The translations under genes were made by a program, and so were the position numbers. Under the pieces are notes generated by a model. That model did not search any database. It was not told the DNA's origin and saw only the letters and a list, made by a program, of their open reading frames with translations. From assembly GCA_964019335.1 (NCBI GenBank), contig OZ025736.1, forward strand, positions 186,001-250,000: a stretch of DNA of 64,000 nucleotides, written 5' to 3'. Positions within the stretch are counted from its first letter, which is position 1. The number at the start of each line of letters is the position of its first letter. Positions 1 through 11,571 of this stretch are shown here, piece by piece. The DNA is from Diplonema japonicum (lineage: Eukaryota; Protista; Euglenozoa: Diplonemea).

Positions 1-845
1 CATGTGTAGTGTAAATGGTACTGTTGTGTGTGTATTCGCTGCAGGGTGAAGCAAAAGTATATTGAAAGAAAAGAAAGCGTAATCGATCTACTCAGGTGAC
101 TCTATCTACTTAGCCGGTCGCGAGGAAAGCAGAAGAGAGGACTGAGTGGCGCCGGGATTGCGTTCAGAAGACAAGGCAAGGGAATGCAACTCGCTTCAAA
201 CCAGCATGGTTTCTTCTATTTCGTCTTTCCCCCCCCCCCCCTTTTTTCCCCTTCCTTTTCCTTCCTCTTTTTTTCTCTTTCAAATGTAATTTGAGTAAAT
301 GATAAGAACTAGTCATCCCTGTGTAAGAATTAATTCTACTTCATTAGGATTTACATTGTTTTTTTCTTCTTCTTCTACCTCCCGCACTTCTTTTTCTTTG
401 CTCAAACGAAAAAACAACAAGTTCAAAACAACTCCCCCCCCTCCCCTTTTCTTCTCTTTTTTTTCAGTGAAGAAAAATCGGACATTGGCACGTTTGTCTA
501 GTGGCTTTATGGTTCGATACTGCGAAAGGCAGAAACGGCCAATAGATACTCCGGATGAGCTCATATTGTAATAACTCTCGGATTCTTTGCTCCCTTTGTT
601 CTTTTTTTGTTTCTTTTTCTCGTTCTAGTAACACGTTTAACAGTCAAAATAAGGAAGAATTTATGGAAAGAAGTATTAGATGGAAGTTCACCGACACATT
701 AAGTTCAAGGGGGGGAGGCAGGGACAAAACAAAACGAAACATTATGAAATGAAGGTGTCAAGTCAATGCGAGCAGTCTGCCAGCCGAATGGATATGGACC
801 GGGAGGGCATCACCAACTGGCTGAGCCTGCAGTGCACTGAAAATA

Positions 846-935
846 GAAAAGAAAAGAAAAGAAAAGAAAAGAAAAGAAAAGAAAAGAAAAGAAAAGAAAA
901 GAAAAGAAAAGAAAAGAAAAGAAAAGAAAAGAAAA
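846..935. repeat. (GAAAA)n microsatellite; a polypyrimidine tract on the minus strand
   Basis: Perfect pentamer tandem array read directly from the sequence. Confidence 0.95.
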
Positions 936-1032
936 GAGCACACCCTCAGCTTCTCGTCAAAAAGAAGAAAAAGGGGCCGCAAGACATCCAACAAAGGAAC
1001 TTGTTTCCCTTCACTTGACCTTAAGAAAGATG

Positions 1033-2544
1033 TCACCTAACGGACTTGGTGGACGTTAAGGGACAGACCTTCACAGTGGCAGTGGTGGCAGGGGCGGGGG
1101 CAGAAACAGGGAGTCCTCTCCATGATATCCCGAAGCGTGGTGGTGAGGGGGGCTCGTAACCTATGTACGCGTCAACATCAGGTGCTTCGTACATATTATC
1201 GCAGGATTCATGTGCAGGATTGGGCACAGTGATTGGGGAGAAGTCATCCATGTTGATGGCAGTGTTCACAAAGGAAGGGGGTGCAAGATTTTCTTCTGCA
1301 TGGTTGATGGACTGGTCGGTGGTATCCGCATTCGCACTGCCAGCAGCCCATCTCGCGTCATCGTGAAGCAATTTGTTCCCACAGCAGAGTAGGTGCGCCA
1401 CAAAAGAGCCCTTCAAACCCTTGTAAATCCACACCTTTCTCTCATCGTACAAAAATATGACCAAATCAATCACAAATTTCAGCAAAATCAGATTCATTGA
1501 AACAATGGAAAGATTGCCTGCCCACAGAGCAGACCAGTGGTCCGTGGGGTGGTTCATTCCTATAGCTACCACAATAAAACATGCCATCACCAGCTCCACT
1601 GTTACAATAACTGTCTCGAACGCGTTCTCATACGGAGCTATGTACGGGCGGGAGATGACCAGGACAAGAAGGAATAACAAAAGTAAGCAACACACAATAA
1701 TACCCTTCACTCTGCATTGGTTATATGTCTCTGGCTCATATGCCTCTAGCATTCCCAGCGCAGCGGTGAATATAAGCTCTTTGAAAAGGAACTCCTTTGC
1801 GTGCCTTGCATAGCCGTCGTATACCAACCTGTGCAGCTCCTGCCACGATTCGTCAAGGAACCCGTCGTGCACCGTCCAGCGCTTCTTCCCCCAGAAGAAC
1901 CATCTCATCCAGCTTTGCTCTACAGTCACCTTCTCCACGCTTGTGTGGCCTTCCGCTGTGTGAGCCACCCAAAAAGCGTACACGGGAAGTCCTAATCCGA
2001 GAAAAATGAGGTTAGCACCCCCTAACACCTTGTACCCTGCTGTGCTGTACAACAATGCAGCGCTACAGCTCATGGCGACGCCCCCATACAGGAACGCCGC
2101 GGGGATCAGCAGCCACCCGAAGTGCGCTCTCGCCCCCAAGTAAGTTAACTTCAGCCCATCTCTCTCCATTTTCCGCACCTTCGCCACATTGATGTCATTG
2201 AAGTCTCTCGCCTCCTCCTTCGCTTTCAAATATACAATGAAGGTACACAACAGCCCGATGGCTAAGCACAATGCTTGCAAAATGATGCCTCCAAGCACGG
2301 CGCCATTCACTTCCTCTTGGTCGGGGTCGTCTCCTAATTTCAATTGTAGGGGATTCACAAGCCTGTCGAGCTTTGTGGGTCCATCAGAGGGGCAGTACAT
2401 TCCTTGGGTGAGGAGGGCAACACGCATCATGGACCCTCCGGCTGTTGGCGACACAGGAATAATTGCTGAGACACCGAGAACCGCCGTAGTCCCAACCAGT
2501 GAAATAGTTTCAATCTCCTCCTTGTTCGGAAAGTCGGGGGTCTG
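1033..2544 (-). CDS. Multipass membrane protein, C-terminal part (5' end lost in assembly gap)
   Basis: About 500 aa open frame from the gap to a stop at 1033, with ~9-10 hydrophobic segments, YDGY and RPY motifs and a Pro-rich tail. The PANPQTRK N-terminus in the ORF track is a microsatellite/gap artefact. Confidence 0.8.
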   Translation of the reverse strand, partial: QTPDFPNKEEIETISLVGTTAVLGVSAIIPVSPTAGGSMMRVALLTQGMYCPSDGPTKLDRLVNPLQLKLGDDPDQEEVNGAVLGGIILQALCLAIGLLCTFIVYLKAKEEARDFNDINVAKVRKMERDGLKLTYLGARAHFGWLLIPAAFLYGGVAMSCSAALLYSTAGYKVLGGANLIFLGLGLPVYAFWVAHTAEGHTSVEKVTVEQSWMRWFFWGKKRWTVHDGFLDESWQELHRLVYDGYARHAKEFLFKELIFTAALGMLEAYEPETYNQCRVKGIIVCCLLLLFLLVLVISRPYIAPYENAFETVIVTVELVMACFIVVAIGMNHPTDHWSALWAGNLSIVSMNLILLKFVIDLVIFLYDERKVWIYKGLKGSFVAHLLCCGNKLLHDDARWAAGSANADTTDQSINHAEENLAPPSFVNTAINMDDFSPITVPNPAHESCDNMYEAPDVDAYIGYEPPSPPRFGISWRGLPVSAPAPATTATVKVCPLTSTKSVR

Positions 2545-2744
2545 NNNNNNNNNNNNNNNNNNNNNNNNNNNNNNNNNNNNNNNNNNNNNNNNNNNNNNNN
2601 NNNNNNNNNNNNNNNNNNNNNNNNNNNNNNNNNNNNNNNNNNNNNNNNNNNNNNNNNNNNNNNNNNNNNNNNNNNNNNNNNNNNNNNNNNNNNNNNNNNN
2701 NNNNNNNNNNNNNNNNNNNNNNNNNNNNNNNNNNNNNNNNNNNN
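2545..2744. other. Assembly gap (200 N)
   Basis: Run of N. Confidence 1.
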
Positions 2745-3022
2745 GGGTGGTTTGCGGGTTTGCGGGTTTGCGGGTTTGCGGGTTTGCGGGTTTGCGGGTT
2801 TGCGGGTTTGCGGGTTTGCGGGTTTGCGGGTTTGCGGGTTTGCGGGTTTGCGGGTTTGCGGGTTTGCGGGTTTGCGGGTTTGCGGGTTTGCGGGTTTGCG
2901 GGTTTGCGGGTTTGCGGGTTTGCGGGTTTGCGGGTTTGCGGGTTTGCGGGTTTGCGGGTTTGCGGGTTTGCGGGTTTGCGGGTTTGCGGGTTTGCGGGTT
3001 TGCGGGTTTGCGGGTTTGCGGG
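2745..3022. repeat. (GGGTTTGC)n 8-bp tandem array abutting the gap
   Basis: About 34 near-perfect units read directly. Confidence 0.97.
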
Positions 3023-3025
3023 CTT

Positions 3026-4090
3026 CTAAACACCGACTTTTCTTTTTAAATTCAAGTCGACAGATTCTAGTTTTACGCACCCCTCCAAGAAGCCATCACC
3101 AATGGAAGAAAGATTTGTCAACGTATTCAAGTCGATGGTTTCTAGTTTTTCGCACCCAAACAAGAAGCGATCACCAATGGAAGAAAGATTGGTCATCGCA
3201 TTCAAGTTGATGGTTTCTAGTTTTTTGCACCCATCCAAGAAGTAATCACCAATAGAAGAAAGATTGGTCATCGCATTCAAGTTGATGGTTTCTAGTTTTT
3301 CGCACCCATCCAAGAAGCCATCACCAATGGAAGAAAGATTGGTCATCGCATTCAAGTCGATGGTTTCTAGTTTTTCGCACCAAGACAAGAAACCATTACC
3401 AATGGAAGAAAGATTGGTCAACGCATTCAAGTTGATGGTTTCTAGTTTTACGCACCTAAACAAGAAGCCATTACCAATGGAAGAAAGATTGGTCATCGCA
3501 TTCAAGTTGATGGTTTCTAGATTTTTGCACTCATATAAAAAATTTTCATCAATGGTGGAAACATTGGGGAGGATGAGATCAACAGACGTCAGGTGGTCGC
3601 ACTCTTCAAGAAACCCAGAGCCTATCCTTGTAACACAGCCTGTGGAGTCGGTGACAACGAGGAACCGAAGTCCAGAAGGAAGGACCGTCGTCTTCATGGA
3701 CAAGACTTCGACAGCTGGCGAGTTCCCCACCTCCACCACCAGAACCAGCTCAGGGTCAGCTGTCACAAGCCCCTCAAGCTCTGAAACCACTTCTGAGCTC
3801 TCAAGCTCCTCCAGCTGAACGGTTCTCATGTTCGCCTCCACATGTACCACGCTGCCCTCCACGAGCCCAAGTTCCTGGATATCTTCACCCCCGTTCCTGT
3901 CCAGGACCTCTCCCTCCCAAACCAGTTCGAACTTGCCTTCGAGTAAACCAGCAGCACACCCCGCCTTCTTGTACAGGATCCCCACCGTCTCCTTCCCCGA
4001 CACTTCCACATCGTGAACCCCACCTCCCGTCTTCACGAACACTGTCATATCGTTCACCTCTTCACCTGATCCCTCTCTCTTTCCATTCAT
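3026..4090 (-). CDS. Ubiquitin-like domain + BspA-type leucine-rich repeat protein
   Basis: N-terminal MTVFVKTGGGVHDVEV...LVWEGEVL...LGLVEGSVVHV resembles ubiquitin. The C-terminus has ~7 copies of a 24-aa repeat (LSSIGDGFLxGCEKLETINLNAMTN) with a 72-nt DNA period. Confidence 0.85.
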   Translation of the reverse strand: MNGKREGSGEEVNDMTVFVKTGGGVHDVEVSGKETVGILYKKAGCAAGLLEGKFELVWEGEVLDRNGGEDIQELGLVEGSVVHVEANMRTVQLEELESSEVVSELEGLVTADPELVLVVEVGNSPAVEVLSMKTTVLPSGLRFLVVTDSTGCVTRIGSGFLEECDHLTSVDLILPNVSTIDENFLYECKNLETINLNAMTNLSSIGNGFLFRCVKLETINLNALTNLSSIGNGFLSWCEKLETIDLNAMTNLSSIGDGFLDGCEKLETINLNAMTNLSSIGDYFLDGCKKLETINLNAMTNLSSIGDRFLFGCEKLETIDLNTLTNLSSIGDGFLEGCVKLESVDLNLKRKVGV

Positions 4091-4704
4091 GTTCTTTTGG
4101 GTTCGTTTTTTATTCTTTTTTTCTAATGTATTTTCCCTGTGTGCTTTGTCTCGAAGGCTGCAGGAGTCAAATGAAGAAGAAGAACCTCTAGAAAATAAAA
4201 AAACCTACTGTGAAACGAACATCTTCAAGAAAAAGGTGACGAATAACTATTTATTAAATGAAAATGCATTATTTCAATGCTTATCAAGGGGTGAATTTAA
4301 TAATAATAATAATAATAATACCTTTGTATTTATATTGTTCAGTTTTAATAGGTTGGTCTGGGGATTTAGTGTACTGTATAAATGTACTTTTTTTCGGATT
4401 TTGAACCCAACTTGGGACTTTTTACAGAACAATACAAAACTCGATCTATTTTTGCGGTGCGCTGGTTGGTGCCCACCGTGGACGGGGGATCCTACACGTG
4501 CCTGTCACCACAAAAGATTATTTTTATTATTTTTGGCTTCTCTCCCCTATACTCCAAATAAACATGTTGCTCCATGGCTTCTTGACTGCTCATGATCGGT
4601 ACACATTGCAGGGGCTTCAACAGGCTCCTCTCTCCCCAGCCGCCAGGCAGGCAGTGGAGGAAGTGATGTCCTGCTTGGAGGCAGTGATGGGTGAATCCTA
4701 ATTA

Positions 4705-4868
4705 GGACTAGACCAGACTGGACCAGACCAGACCGGATCCGGCGTGAATTTCGACCCAATTATGCCAGACTGACCGGACTGACCAGACTGACCAGGCTGG
4801 ACCAGACCGGATTGGACTGGACTGGACTGGACCGGACCGGACCGGACCAGACTGAACCAGACTGGACA
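4705..4868. repeat. Degenerate pentamer array (GGACT/GGACC/AGACC)
   Basis: Read directly. Confidence 0.85.
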
Positions 4869-5493
4869 AGATACAACCACAACACCACATCCCCCCTTTT
4901 TTTTTGCTGTGGAGTTCAAACGTATAAACAGATGTCTACAAGAAAAGATGTTACACAGGTACTGAGAGACGACAACAACAACAACGAGAAGAAGAAAAGA
5001 AAAAGGAGCAACAGTACTGGTTCCTGTTCGTCTTCATCTTCCTCCTCAAAGCCATGTGCCGCTACTAACATTGAAGAACTACTCAGTCAAAAACCCGAAT
5101 GTGGCCCTACTTTAACCTGCACCCAGAAGAAAACTGGGCTTTCTCAGTCCGCGATGTTGCAGTTCATCAGTGGCAAAGGTAGGAGAAAGAAAAAAAAAGA
5201 AAAAAAGGCATTGGCAGTACATTTAAAGCATTCTTTTGGGAAACCGGTGGTAAAAACATGATACCAACTGCAACTGACGAGGCAGTGGCTTGGGATGGTA
5301 CGATTGTTGGTGTCATTCCTGAGATTGCAGCTGCTTGTGTATATGAGCAGGAGCCTGGAATCATTTTCCACTTCCCTCCCAAAACTGTGGACGAACGAGT
5401 GTACCGCCTTGTAGAAGTTACCTCAACCAACCCCAATCACCTTTCTGAGACGGAAGCAAAGCTGAGACGGAAGCAAACCTTCCAACAATGCCC

Positions 5494-6017
5494 ATGAGAA
5501 GGGGGGCACCAGGTATCTCGCCACCGTCCCCCCTCCTCATGACCATTGTGGTCTCGGCTCCGTACGAGAGGACTAGGACAATCGGTCCCAGCCTCGCGTC
5601 GTCCTTGTGGGCGGCAATCCCACAACCAGACTTGTACTTGTTGACAAGTACCTGGTTGGGGACCACCTTGAGCCCTGCGGCGGCGGCCACCTCCCTCACC
5701 CCCCCCTCCGCCCCCCCTGGGATCCCCGTGGTGGGGCGCACCTTGGCGTTCGTCCCCTCCCACCGGTACCCGTATTGGAGGGTCTCCCTCCCTGAGTTCC
5801 CAGACAGGGCCTCCCACTTTCCTGAAAGCAGGGCTTTCGGGAAGGCAGGGGCCGGGCCCGTCCTCAACCCGGGAGGGTGTTCACCATACACCAGTACCCA
5901 CCCCGTGGCTGCGGCAGGGGCGGCTGCGGCGGTCTCAGTTGCGGCGATCAGGGCGGCAGGGTCGGCTGCGGCGTTCAGGGCGGCTGGGGCGGCCGTGGCT
6001 GTAGCAGCGGCGGTCAA
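5494..6017 (-). pseudogene. AlkB-like 2OG-Fe(II) dioxygenase fragment, C-terminally truncated
   Basis: RETLQYGYRW...NQVLVNKYKSGCGIAAHKDDARLGPIVLVLSYG contains the HxD motif. The distal His and RxxxxxR are absent; the frame shifts near 5525 (YLVPPFS in another frame) and homology then stops. Confidence 0.7.
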
Positions 6018-6112
6018 AACCGCGATTTTTTTTTTCTAAAGGGGGGTGGGGGGATCTAGGGGGTGGGGGTGGGGATCGGACGCAGCGGCAAACCCAGGCA
6101 GAGGCGGCAGGC

Positions 6113-6198
6113 ACCAGCAGAACACGCACGACCAATAAAGTACAGAAACTGACACGCCAACCAGCAGAACACGAACGACCAATAAAGTACAGAAACTG
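6113..6198. repeat. 39-nt direct repeat x2 (ACCAGCAGAACACG[C/A]ACGACCAATAAAGTACAGAAACTG), 47-nt period
   Basis: Copies at 6113-6151 and 6160-6198 differ by one mismatch. Confidence 0.9.
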
Positions 6199-6496
6199 TA
6201 GCATTAGAATCGTTGGTCAGAAGAAAAGGTTGTCTCGATTTTAGGGGTGTCATGCGGTGTCTGACACAGTGGCCACCGTTGTGAAGCTTCGCCCGAGATC
6301 CCGTGGAAAGCACCGCCGAGGGGCCAATCAAGAAAGAGTGAATTTACAAGACGAAACATGCGAAGCAGCGGTAATGTGTGCATCCTCTGTTTCCGCTTTG
6401 TCAAAGTGGTGGCGTAAGGGTACCGCCTTGAAAGGCGTCGGGGCTTGAAACTGGTTCCCATCCCTCGTGCTGTTCCCACTCTGGTTCACCGTCCCA

Positions 6497-7835
6497 TCAC
6501 CGCAACACGTCAGCTTGGGCGCCGCCCCAGGAACAACGAGGTCCCAATGAGGTCCGCAAGGTTGACCGTGGGGTAGGTGTAGCTGGCCCCGTGCGGGAGG
6601 TCCGTGATGAGGTGCATGCCGCGGATGGTGACGGGGTCGCTGAAGTAGCTGGGGACCCTTCTCCCGTCCAAGGTCTCCCGCTGAAGGGCAGCGTCCCGTA
6701 CAAGCTCATGTCCTCAGCGGACGACGCGGGGACATAGACCGTGTCGTTGATCGCTGCCTTCGGGACCTTGTCGTAGCCGTGGTCGTCTTGCCACAGGGCC
6801 CACATCCTGTCCACGTTTGCGTAGTGCACGAAGAAGAGCGGGTCGTCGGGGCTCAGGTACGACCCCATCTCACCCCCCGATAAAGATGTGCGGGGCCGCG
6901 TGAGGGTCCCTCCAAGGCAGGGCGGAAGTCCCCGAATTCCGCGTTCGAGGTGATGATCGCCGACATCTCCATCGCCCCCACCGGAAGACCCGCCCCACCT
7001 CCTTGCCAGGCACTCCTGGTCCGACGCCGTCCAACCCGCCGCCTCCCTCCGTCACGATACCGGCCAGCGTTCCAAAGGTCTTCGCACGGAAGGGGGTGCT
7101 CAGGCTCCTCCGCGTCGTCCCTCTCCCAGTCCCAGTACGGGACCGTCACGCACTCGAACCCGGAGAGGGAGCGCAGGGCGTTCTCGTACCCAATCAAACC
7201 AACGGTGCCAGGGAAGGAAGGCGGACGTCCAGTGCGCGTACCCTCCGTTGTTCCGGTGCAGCTGCGAGAAGTCGTGGTAGTCGGAGGTCTTTTCTGAGTG
7301 GAGCGTCCGCACCGCTTCGATGTAATGCTCCCTCTCCGCGCACGACAGCATCGACCACCCCTTCCTCACACGAGATTCGCAGGCAGAACCAGGCTTGGGA
7401 GTGGGTTCAGGAGTCGGTTCAGGAGTAGGCTTAGGAGTCGGCTCGGGGGTAGGTTCAGGAGTGGGCTCAGGGGTAGGTGCGGCGTCGGCTCGGGTCCAGT
7501 AGCCGGTTTGGGAGTCGGTGCGGGGGTGGGCTCCGGAGTCGGTGCAGGTGTGGGGACAGGGGTGGGAACAGGCGTAGGAACAGGTGTGGACGCGGAAGGG
7601 GCATCGGTCTCTTCATACCCGTCACCGCACGTGCAGCACGCTTCATCTGCAACCCACTCGTTCCTGTACGAGTTCCCTCACCAACACCTCCAAGACCAAC
7701 TTCCGTACCATTCACAAGCGCGACATGCGCGACGATCTCGTGCCACACCGCCCCATCAGAGAGAGTCTTGTCGACACAGGCACCATCTGCAGCTAGCAAG
7801 GTGCCCAGACATATGACAGCAAGTAAAATTTTCAT
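6497..7835 (-). pseudogene. Secreted tyrosinase (type-3 copper protein) pseudogene with signal peptide, Cys-rich domain and PT/PEPT linker
   Basis: Fragments in different frames: MKILLAVICLG..., EACCTCG, (PT)n, RVRKGWSMLS...HWTSAFLPWHRWF, YENALR...VPYWDW, HAAPHIFIGG, SPDDPLFFVHYANVDRMWALWQ. Many frameshifts. Confidence 0.85.
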
Positions 7836-9217
7836 TTTGGGTATTTATAAGTAACCTGTGAATGAGTTTAGGATGCAAAAAATAGCTTAAAAAGAATAGT
7901 AGCTAGCCCATCACGTAGAGGGGCGGTAGAATTTATATAAAGAAAAGCCTCAGAAATACCCTTGCTCAACAGTACTGATGTGTGCCATCTCGAATGACTG
8001 TTGTGAATGGAGTCGCGATTCTCCAAACAGAGAGGGAAAAGGAAAGTGAATCGAAGTAGAAAAACAAAACGACGAAAACTGAAAAGGGAAGAAAAATAGA
8101 GCGATGGTAAAGAGGGAAAGTCTCACTTGAGGACAAGTTCCACCCAAATAAATACTGCAAAACAAAAAGTGCCAGACAGAACAAAAACCTGGACGTTTGT
8201 CTGTCAGGCATTTTTTGTTTTGCAGTAATAGGAATAGTGGGATTGAAAGCACGTAGTGTCACAAAATGAGATGAATTTCTATTTTTCCATGACATGTAAA
8301 AATACGCGGCATGCTTTTCTTTCATTTCCCTCGGATCCGAGATGCATGCATGTTAGTTCTGTCTACCTATAAGGCCTGTGATCGAGCAGGAACCCGTCGC
8401 ACCAAAGCTCCAGCATGACCCGCACTGACCTTGATTCGGGGGTCACCACCCCCTTCGTCCTCGGCTTGCTGGTGTCCGTCCCGTGCTGCATCGCATACTG
8501 GTGTCCAACCGAACCTCTTCTACCCACTGCCACGGAGAGCTACCCTCTTCTTATCGACACCCCCAATCGCAATAAGAACCATGGTCCACGGCAAAGGGTC
8601 GCAGTGAGGAGGCAGAACACTACCGCATGGCGCCCGAGGCCTCCCCGTCAACACGGCCTCAGCAAGAGTGCTGTCCCATCCGTGACACCATGATGTTTGG
8701 GCTTCACCTCTGTGACGCAACCCTCACACTGAAGGAAACCTGCCATCTCCGCAAGAGCCTTCCCGAGCTCTCCCGAGAGAGTCCTTCTTGGTGTATGCAC
8801 GGAGGTACCCCCCGAATAGGGTGAGAGTACGACCACCTGCTTTGTCGTCTCAAAGTAGTCATGGCAGGAACCAGGTTCCAATGGCATGTGCTGCCCTTTG
8901 CTCGTACTTCTACCGACGTGTCCCACGGGTCCATATTTAGTTGTAGATAGGGTGGCTGTTGTGGATAGGTGTCGCATGGACAACGAAGCAAGGATGCAAG
9001 AAGAAAGATGCAGCAAAGACACTAATGTTGGCAGCCACTTATCTTGGCGGATACAAAGGTGGCGGACTTCTGGCTCAAGTGAGAAAAGAGAGTTACAAAA
9101 TAAACCCCGCCATTAGTGGCGATAGGGGGTTGGGAATTTCCAAGCAAGTTAGCTTTTTTTCTTCTTTGCTAGTCATGTCTCATGTAAAAAAAATCGTGCT
9201 ACTCAGAGAAAGAAAAA

Positions 9218-9253
9218 GAAGAAGAAGAAGAAGAAGAAGAAGAAGAAGAAGAA
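9218..9253. repeat. (GAA)n microsatellite
   Basis: Read directly. Confidence 0.9.
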
Positions 9254-9727
9254 TGATGTACTTTGTAAATCTTCGAAAAGACTGTTGTACTCAGCGATCA
9301 ATCGTAAAGTGTGTTTTCCTCTACCCAATTTCCAAGAAAGATTTGCGTTGCACTGCAACAACAACAGTCAGGCGACTAACGCAAGGAACACGCCCCATGA
9401 ACGGTTCCTCACGGGCCTGTGGACCATAGTTGCTGCTGCATTGTGGCATTCATATCCCCGCTAGCTTTTCTAAAACTCCACCGGCCGTTTTCAGGGGTGG
9501 ATAGAGATGGGAAAAAAATCAGACCTTTTAAGCCTGAAAAAAAGAGAGAAAAAAAAAGGAGTCTCTACGTCGGTCTCCTTCCACCCAGCGTAGTTACGAC
9601 ATCCATTTTGGCAGGTGCATCTGCAAGTCGTCCCGAGCTGTCCTAAAGTAGGTGCTTGCTCCTGGCAGCGATACTGTGCTCTGGGGTACGATTGTGCATC
9701 TTGAATATCGCGTTCTTTTCAGTTTAA

Positions 9728-11446
9728 CCATTAAAGGACGGGGGTTTTTGGGCAAAAAAAAGGTCACCATCAACTTTTTTATTTTCTAAAATTAAAACAT
9801 CCTCGAGCTGCAACCATAGAACGACGCTTGTGTAAAAGAAAATACATCACCCAGGAGGGACAAAAAACACCCCCAGACGCCCCTCAAAGGCCCTGGGAAG
9901 TGAATAGAATAAGGAATTGAAGTGAAATTTATTGTAAAACCCCACCCATAGGTTAGACACTTCCTTACTTTTTTCGCTTGGGCCTCGGAGTGCTAGGGGG
10001 GGTTTTGCTTTTGGGACTTGGCTCAGATGACGACCTGGGGAGAAGGGTATGTGTTTGGAGACGCTGGTACCTTAGGCGTTCCTTCGGTGTGGCCGGGCCT
10101 CCAGAGGGGGTAGATTGGGGTGGGTAAACCACTGGTTCGTGATTGTCCGCAAAGCAAGCTGGGCACAGATGCACGTTACAAGCCTTGCAGATGAGGATAG
10201 TTTGCACCCGGACCCCCAAAACACGCATGTGGTGTGTGCATTGTCTTGCTGCATCCAGTTTTTTGGACCAGTGACCTTTGGTGAAGTCGCGCCTGGCATC
10301 TTCCCGGGCCCCTCGGTCCCCATTTCAGAACGGGTGCTTGCTGGGCGGTTGTTTCCGGACTGGCGCATAACAGTCGAAAAGCTGTTGTCGCTCATCGCGA
10401 ACCCGTTTTTGGGCCTGCCTAGGCCTACTTGCTTCTTCACTGGGGCAAGATTAGGTACATTCTGGCGGTTTTCTCGGATTGTTACCACCATTGACTGGAC
10501 TTTCCTCGGATTGTTTCCACCACAAACCCGATTCCCACATCTGTTGTACAAGGGTAACGCCAGTATAGAAGTTATTGATGCCGGGGTACAAGGGGAACGC
10601 TACCGATGCCGAGCCATCCACCAGGTGGACACGAATAGTGGCATCGACAAGTCACGTGGGGTGCGCTTTCAGACTGAGCACGACGTTCACTTCATGTCAA
10701 GCAAGACGCCATTGAAGACACCGCAGGAGATACGGGAGAACGTTGTAAGAGCTTTCATTGTCACGCTCGAGCTGCAGGACAAGAAGCTCGAAGCAGAGCT
10801 CCGCCGCCGAGACATTCTGGTCGCCATGTTGTGGTATTTCACGCTTTTACAATGGTATTAGCACTGCGGACAGTAGATCGACAAGTTGAACACGACCCTG
10901 TGTCAGATCCTGTCCGGTGCACAGCCTCACCTGTCCTCTTTGCAGGCTGGAATACTCTGAAGCGATGCCTACCGTGTGACTTGATCATACTCTCATCAAT
11001 GATCGATTCTCCGGGGGAATAGTGTTGCAGACAGGTAGGGGAGCAAGAATCTTATTTTTTGCAACCTGTCTGTCTCTTCACCCCTCCAAAATGCAACGAC
11101 CGCTGTAAGCGCAAAAGCAGTAACGTTTCATTACATTTGCCGCCAAAAAAAGGTGTGGCGAGGGCACAAATGGTCGGCCAGTGATCCCATCGTCAGTGAG
11201 AATGTCCCCTTAGGCACTCCCGAACTCGTCTGAATCAGTACTGCTCATATGAGCTTTCGTGCCACCAAAAACTGGTTTCGAGGGTGTTTTTGGAGGTTAA
11301 TCTAGGGGCCAAAAGTGATTTTCGATGGAAAAGAAATCGCGGAACTAGGTCATTCTGTGCAAGGGTAAGGGTCTATGGTACTTGATGCCTATACAAAAAT
11401 TTTAATTTTTTGATCGCTAGATATCTAGCGCTTCGTCCTTTAATGG
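9728..11446 (-). mobile_element. Defective piggyBac-family DNA transposon (element A)
   Basis: Perfect 13-bp TIRs CCATTAAAGGACG (9728-9740) and CGTCCTTTAATGG (11434-11446), each flanked by TTAA. Minus-strand remnants include IIDESMIKSHGRHRFRVFQPAK, INNFYTGVTLV and the C-terminal CKACNVHLCPACFADNH. Confidence 0.92.
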
Positions 11447-11571
11447 TTAAAGGTCTATTGTGCTTCAACGGTGGGTGGTCGTCCTTGTTCTTTTCTCAAC
11501 AATGTCCTGGTGCAGTACACGAAGCATCGCAGTCTCTGCTGACTGACCGCCTTAATAGAATAAAATATTAA

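Noticed and set aside
680-1036. KEKKR / FFSFL repeat ORFs
   Set aside because: They are translations of the GAAAA microsatellite.
2427-3210. ORFs with PANPQTRK / RVCGFAGL repeats
   Set aside because: They are translations of the GGGTTTGC array read through the N gap.
6113-6198. CRISPR-like repeat
   Set aside because: There are only two copies with an 8-nt spacer, the context is eukaryotic and there are no cas genes.
8340-9120. Decayed retroposon or gene remnant
   Set aside because: The composition is coding-like but no convincing motif was found in any frame.
9560-11550. Host gene interrupted by piggyBac element A
   Set aside because: Rejoining the flanks at TTAA gives stops in all three minus-strand frames.
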